64,000 nt of DNA from an uncultured virus (IMG/VR IMGVR_UViG_3300006173_000005) (taxonomy: Duplodnaviria > Heunggongvirae > Uroviricota > Caudoviricetes): IMG/VR virus record IMGVR_UViG_3300006173_000005; one strand, 5' to 3'. Below are positions 58,865 to 64,000 of the stretch, piece after piece. Position numbers and translations under genes: made by a program. Position 1 is the stretch's first letter. Each line of letters opens with the position of its first letter. Below the pieces are notes generated by a model, which was not told where the DNA came from, searched no databases, and saw only the letters and a program-made list of their open reading frames with translations.

Positions 58865-60352
58865 GTGTCACCTAAGTAAGTGTTATTGAGTTCCCCTTAA
58901 GCATATGCGATAGTTAATCGAAAGTCAAGGAAGTGTTAATAGAACAACGAAATACTAACGATTATTGAAATGATATATCGCGGCTTGGGTTTGCCTATCA
59001 ATCGCATTCAGGTCAAGTATATAAGCAGAATCTTTGGGTAAAAACCCGCTAACATAAACGCACTCAATTCGTTGATGTCCAGTTATATCAAATATCGACA
59101 ATTTACCGCGACGTTTAATGGTACATCCCCCTCTCTTAAACATATGCAAAAAGAATAGCACCTCTACCATAGGAATAACCGCAGCCTCACGAGGATGTAA
59201 TATATCATGCAGTTTATTGAAATGGTCGGCAAAATTACCACCAGCAGTATAATTCATAGCTTAATCCTCTTTTGACGCTCTGTAATAATTCCAATCTATC
59301 GGTGGAATAATCGTGTATTCCGGTAATGTATCTAATACCTTATCTAACGGAACGCCCATCATGATAGATTCCGCAGCACTCATGAGAACATGCTTGTAAT
59401 CATGAATAGTGTACCCATACCTGGCTGGGTGAAAGTTGCTGTAAATACTCGCTTGACAAGCGTGCATGATAGCAAATACCAAAGCGCCAACGCGCTCTTG
59501 CTCATCACGCTTGTGATTTTTAGCAGTATCGACCATTCCTACCATACCGCGTAACTGCTCAATCGTATCATCTAATTGCATCGTTACATTGTCTCCACAT
59601 AGTATTCTTCGTTAGTCAGTGTACTTTCGTGACCACAATCCATGCAATGACATACGCACAATCCCTCATCGTTACGTGAAATCTTGATGTATATCAGACT
59701 GTGGCACTTAGGGCAGGTGGGTTTCTCGTGTTTAACCCCCAACGGAAACAGGACAGCCCAACCGAGTTCATTTAGATATTCCTCAGTCATGCGCAAATAG
59801 AAATTGGTGCGGTTGAGACTATTCTGCTGAACATGGATAGACTTTCGTTCATCGAGCGACATATACGGATAACGTTCGCTGAGATAAGCAATTACGGGCT
59901 TCTCATCGTCTTCAAATTCAATGTCCTGCGGTACTGTGTAGACAATCGGATCGGGCATATGGTCTTGCTGATAGGTAATGGTAATCACTGCTTAATTCCT
60001 CTTGATTGCACTGCTCAACTTGCGGTTTGTTCCACGTTCAATGGCAAGTTCTTCTAGCCTGCGATACAACCAGTTACGTGCGTCCTCTTTCGCCTGGGCA
60101 AAGCTCGTAGCAGGCTTACGCTGAATAGTCTCTAACTTGAGTTGGCGTTTGTTGTGCTTTAAGTCGCGCACGGTGAAATAATATTCACCTTGAATGAAAT
60201 CGGGCGTACTATTGCCCATCCAAACCGCTACTAGGAACTGGTAGTGCAGTCCCGGTTGTTCAAAGACAGCAGAGAAGCGCACGCCACCCCACTTGTCACC
60301 GTCCTTTTGACCAATTCCGTCCTTGTGCCAAACTAGTAATTCATCCACAATG

Positions 60353-60688
60353 TTAGTCTCCTATGCCGGGTCGGGTAATATGGGTCGGGTCAGGGTCATC
60401 CATTGCGCCAATGGTAATAAGCAAATCTTCAATGGTGCGCCAAAATGGAATAGCATCAGGGGCAACAAGTATATCCCATTCACTTTGTAAGTCAGTAGCT
60501 TTACCCTTCTTTTGCTTAATGTCTCCCACAAACCAGCGACCAGTTGGGGGCCAGTAAACAAGTAGGTCAGGCTTGCCGGGAGCGCTGATATAAATCACCT
60601 TCGCCCCAGCCTGACGAGCTTGCTTTACAATTGGCTTCTCGTTGTCATCTCGCCTTGCGCCATACTTGGGCATTCGACCAATACTCAT
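60353..60688 (-). CDS. VRR-NUC-like nuclease / resolvase
   Basis: RRDDNEKPIV...GKPDLLV...VGDIK. Confidence 0.8.
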   Translation of the reverse strand: MSIGRMPKYGARRDDNEKPIVKQARQAGAKVIYISAPGKPDLLVYWPPTGRWFVGDIKQKKGKATDLQSEWDILVAPDAIPFWRTIEDLLITIGAMDDPDPTHITRPGIGD

Positions 60689-60691
60689 CGC

Positions 60692-61366
60692 CTACTCGCT
60701 TTCCGTGTAAATAACAATCTTGATTCTTGCCGATTCTTTTAATCCCCGTAACTTATTAGGAAGTTCGTCTAACACCTGCTCAACAGTGGTAATTAACTCA
60801 TTGTGGTACTGCCCAAACCTACGACTAACTATCTGTTTCTCGCTCACCTGCGCATCATGAGCAATTGCCGCCTCATTAAGTGTATCCGCTTTTAGCCTAT
60901 TGGACAGTGGCCCATGCGCTATTTTAATCACCGCATCCGCCGCAGCTTGCAGCATCGGGGCATTAATTTTACCCTCCGGGGCACTTCCATAAGCTACTGC
61001 AAGGATAGCCTGACGCTGCTCCACCGGATAATGTTTGAGCACCTCGGTTTCAGCGACGGTTAATAACTTGTAGCCATATGGAGACAATTCTTGATTAATG
61101 TCGGCGTTGTTAATCCATTCGTACAGAGTATTACGCGCCTGCTGGAACTCAGCGGCAACATAAGCGCTAAAGCTACGATACGTACCCAAATAGAGCTTCT
61201 CGCGCTTAACATGGGATAACAGTGCAATAGCTTTATCGAAGTGGTCTGCGCCCTGTTCAAAATGATATTTAGCATTCAATGTGGATTCGACATAATCCCG
61301 TTGCTGTGCCAATGTAAGCACAGCTAATTCCGCTTCAATATCAATCGTAGTCATCGCTGTGGTCAT
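60692..61366 (-). CDS. DUF3102-like DNA-binding protein
   Basis: KLYLGTYRSFSAYVAAEF..ARNTLYEWI. Confidence 0.5.
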   Translation of the reverse strand: MTTAMTTIDIEAELAVLTLAQQRDYVESTLNAKYHFEQGADHFDKAIALLSHVKREKLYLGTYRSFSAYVAAEFQQARNTLYEWINNADINQELSPYGYKLLTVAETEVLKHYPVEQRQAILAVAYGSAPEGKINAPMLQAAADAVIKIAHGPLSNRLKADTLNEAAIAHDAQVSEKQIVSRRFGQYHNELITTVEQVLDELPNKLRGLKESARIKIVIYTESE

Positions 61367-61402
61367 GTTGACAAATCCCTTTACCTATCCTACACTGTAT
61401 AC

Positions 61403-61465
61403 GCCAATGAGTAACCTGCGTAACAAAACACGCGAGATATCAACCACCTCGCGTGTTTCTATTTT
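61403..61465 (+). ncRNA. Predicted counter-transcribed sRNA (~63 nt)
   Basis: TTGACA(61368-73)-17-TACACT(61391-96); AAACACGCGAG/CTCGCGTGTTT terminator. Confidence 0.55.
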
Positions 61466-61699
61466 ACCGCTATTCTAAAGTACTATCCCAATCAGGATGT
61501 AAGTCTTTGAGCGCACTTTGAACCAGCGCATGATCCCAATATCTACTTTCACCTACGCACATCCAGCCGTGCTTTTGCAGCGTTCTAATCAATCCAACGA
61601 TGAGTGAATACAAATCCACACTGTCATTCAGATTGTCAAGTTGAATTAAACTATCCATCACCGTATCGAATATCTCTGTACCATCTACGCAATTCAAGC

Positions 61700-62386
61700 T
61701 CATTGTGAACCCCCTCCTGCTGACAGTGCTGACATTAACTGTTTGCCGATATATTCAGTGTAAGCAGGCGGAATGCTTTCGCTAATCTCATGTCGAGTGA
61801 TGTCATCCCAATCAATCCCCATTGCCATTTTTGCATATTCCATATAAGGCACAGTCAATCCCTGCGCCCCACCGCTCCCTGTAATGCTGATAATCCCATG
61901 CACTTTACTAGGCCCACGTCCGCTCGGTGGACACGGCTCAGGATGCTTAATGTGATGCGGTGACATGATATATAGATTGCTCTCAAACAGACGGTGGCGA
62001 TAGACTTTTAATCCAAACGTGTAACCACATAGTTCAAACGGATTGCACATGTCAGGATAAGCACCCTTGACATTCTCGATTACGTAAGGCTTGCCAAGTT
62101 TATCCAGTAGCGCCCTAAACTGCGCAATCAGCTTAGGGTACGATAACGGATCATAGGTTCCGAGTTTGCTTAAATTACTGTAGCCCTGACACTGGGGTGA
62201 TACATGAATAGCATCGTATTCATAACCATGAGCCGCGAGGTAATCCAGTGCATCACCTAAAATAAATTCGTAAGGGTAGTTCGGCTGCGGTTCAATATCT
62301 ACGCCAGTGCAAGTAAAACCAGCGCGACGATACCCACGACTTGCTACACCACTACAACAGCACAAATCGAGCAGCCTGTAAGTCAT
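61700..62386 (-). CDS. C5 DNA cytosine methyltransferase-like (short phage type)
   Basis: LLDLCCCSG, SPQCQ, YVIENV, RHRLFE. Confidence 0.85.
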   Translation of the reverse strand: MTYRLLDLCCCSGVASRGYRRAGFTCTGVDIEPQPNYPYEFILGDALDYLAAHGYEYDAIHVSPQCQGYSNLSKLGTYDPLSYPKLIAQFRALLDKLGKPYVIENVKGAYPDMCNPFELCGYTFGLKVYRHRLFESNLYIMSPHHIKHPEPCPPSGRGPSKVHGIISITGSGGAQGLTVPYMEYAKMAMGIDWDDITRHEISESIPPAYTEYIGKQLMSALSAGGGSQ

Positions 62387-63105
62387 TATTTGTCACCATT
62401 CGATAGCAGTGGCAATTGACCATTCAGTTTAGGTTTAGGTACGCACACGAGCTTCAATACGTCTTTGTGATACGTATTCAGAGAACCATATTGAGCATCA
62501 GCAATAGGGATTACCTCAATCTGATGTTCTATGCTATATTGCTTCGCGGCCTTACCCCACAACTGCAACAGCGCTACAGTCCACTTAATTCCGTTAACAT
62601 TGCAATACTGTTTGACGGTCATCCAATCAGCATTATCCAACCGTTCTACGATCTCGCCAACATCTTTACGCAGGGATTTTACCTCACGTTCAATCTTGAC
62701 CATAAACTGAGCCTGCGCAAGTATCATTTCAGCTTCAGTCAAAGATGACATTGAATATGTACCAGTCGATTGCAATGCAGGTAACACCTCATGGGTCAAC
62801 CAACGTTTGAACGCCTTCGACTCTGGCTTCCGACTACCAAGAACCAATGAGAATAACCCTGCTTGATTAACTACAGAATTCCGCACAGGTACACCATTCA
62901 ATACATTAATGATAATGGTGTGTTCATCGTCATCTAATCGACTAACGGCTTGTGAAACATTGGCTATTTCAAGAACATTGCATACAGGGGAAGCGTCCCA
63001 CCACTTTTGCCCCTTGTGATTGCGAACCGGAATATCTATTCCATTGAAAGTGAATATCTGTGGGTCGTTGTCTGAATTGTCTGGGGATGGTAAACTTGTA
63101 TTCAT
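62386..63105 (-). CDS. Bro-N antirepressor-like protein, paralog of 8156-8851
   Basis: SQAVSRLDDDE, SRKPESKAFKRWLTHEVLP; start MNTSLP after RBS AAAGGA. Confidence 0.85.
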   Translation of the reverse strand: MNTSLPSPDNSDNDPQIFTFNGIDIPVRNHKGQKWWDASPVCNVLEIANVSQAVSRLDDDEHTIIINVLNGVPVRNSVVNQAGLFSLVLGSRKPESKAFKRWLTHEVLPALQSTGTYSMSSLTEAEMILAQAQFMVKIEREVKSLRKDVGEIVERLDNADWMTVKQYCNVNGIKWTVALLQLWGKAAKQYSIEHQIEVIPIADAQYGSLNTYHKDVLKLVCVPKPKLNGQLPLLSNGDK

Positions 63106-63205
63106 AAGCTGGTGTCCTTTACACACTAGAACCCTCGGATGTTTGTCGCATCGCGGAGGGATTTTTGTTGATGCGCTTATTTTATCACAGAACTGTCGTC
63201 TTGTG

Positions 63206-63997
63206 CTAAAAGTCGCCCCACATTTCACTTGGATAATAATCAGGTTCGTATTCTGGATAGTCGGGTTCGTCATCGTCACTTGGCTGCTCAGTTGGCTCAA
63301 TGCTGACCACTTCACCGCCATAACTGCACATGAGTTCAGCCACAATTGGGTCGTCAATAATCGCCTGTAACTTGTCATCTTCAAGATTTGCCAGATACGC
63401 GAGTGTGTCGCAGTGGCACGCCTCACCGTCCTTTTTGCACCAGCAACCTAGTAGCTTGCCACGCAGTTCAGGAATGCGTCGTAGCATCTCTGGATTGCTA
63501 AATAGGTGTACGCGGTACTGCGTAATAACTTCCTCGCGAGTGCCATCTTCGCCTATCTTGTAGGGATTGTGCCAATAGCTTTCAGCGAAACCATGTGAGA
63601 AGTTGGCGCGACCACAATACATCTTCTGTTCATTTGGCGTGGACTTCCATAACTCGCTACGCACATCGCAAACAACGGTGTATGGAATAGTGTTATTATC
63701 ATTGACCATTTCATCGGACGCGGTAACTTGGTCAGATTGCTCAGTCTGACTATCTTCCCACTGCTTATTAACTATTGGGTTATCCGATACACCGAACGGT
63801 GTATCATCCATTGGTTCGTCTAACATAGCATCCTCCTGATTTTTACCATTTAGCAAGTCGAACATCTCCCATTGTACTACCATTTCAATTGGTAGCGTTG
63901 GGTCAACTGGCACACATTCTGTGTCGATTAACGCATGGAACTGACCTACCCACTTTTCAGCGGGCTTGCGCTGCTTGCGTTGTTTCTTTTCTTTCAC
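63206..63997 (-). CDS. DUF4326-domain protein
   Basis: YCGR...WHNPYKIG...LRGKLLGCWC...CHCD. Confidence 0.8.
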   Translation of the reverse strand: MKEKKQRKQRKPAEKWVGQFHALIDTECVPVDPTLPIEMVVQWEMFDLLNGKNQEDAMLDEPMDDTPFGVSDNPIVNKQWEDSQTEQSDQVTASDEMVNDNNTIPYTVVCDVRSELWKSTPNEQKMYCGRANFSHGFAESYWHNPYKIGEDGTREEVITQYRVHLFSNPEMLRRIPELRGKLLGCWCKKDGEACHCDTLAYLANLEDDKLQAIIDDPIVAELMCSYGGEVVSIEPTEQPSDDDEPDYPEYEPDYYPSEMWGDF

Positions 63998-64000
63998 TGG

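Noticed and set aside
54762..63426. Longer ORF-track starts for DinD-like (55847) and Bro (63426)
   Set aside because: Extensions run through promoters, hairpins or the neighbouring gene; good RBS at 55688 and 63105
1..64000. Specific host assignment
   Set aside because: Lysin and promoters show only a peptidoglycan-bearing host with sigma70-type transcription; needs database or CRISPR-spacer matching

Overview
This window is most of a long-tailed (siphovirus-like) dsDNA phage genome, probably temperate or a phage-plasmid: it has an XRE repressor and a ParM/ParR-like pair, and no integrase in view. A long minus-strand late region (45181 to 5390) runs: putative terS, small genes, terL, a glycosyl/methyltransferase block, portal, MuF, protease/scaffold, capsid, neck, tail, fibres, holin and a lysin with three catalytic domains. 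Plus-strand early genes (45411-52259) sit behind three near-identical sigma70-type promoters. A minus-strand middle region (52305-64000) carries a SPOUT RNA methyltransferase, Bro/DinD proteins, a receiver-domain protein, VRR-NUC, a C5 DNA methyltransferase and DUF4326. The most unusual signal is RNA-based. (i) A ~1 kb non-coding island (56490-57460) of back-to-back promoter-RNA-terminator units holds three predicted anti-Shine-Dalgarno sRNAs, one pairing over 22 of 24 nt with an early gene's start region, plus tRNA-Met and two tRNA-like RNAs with 6- and 8-nt anticodon loops. (ii) Five Bro/HNH/hypothetical genes hide an antisense extended -10 promoter in their first codons. Also seen: a probable AUA-initiated fibre gene and a UUU-CGU +1 frameshift candidate in the tail chaperone. 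All calls are by eye from motifs; no database searches or folding programs were run.
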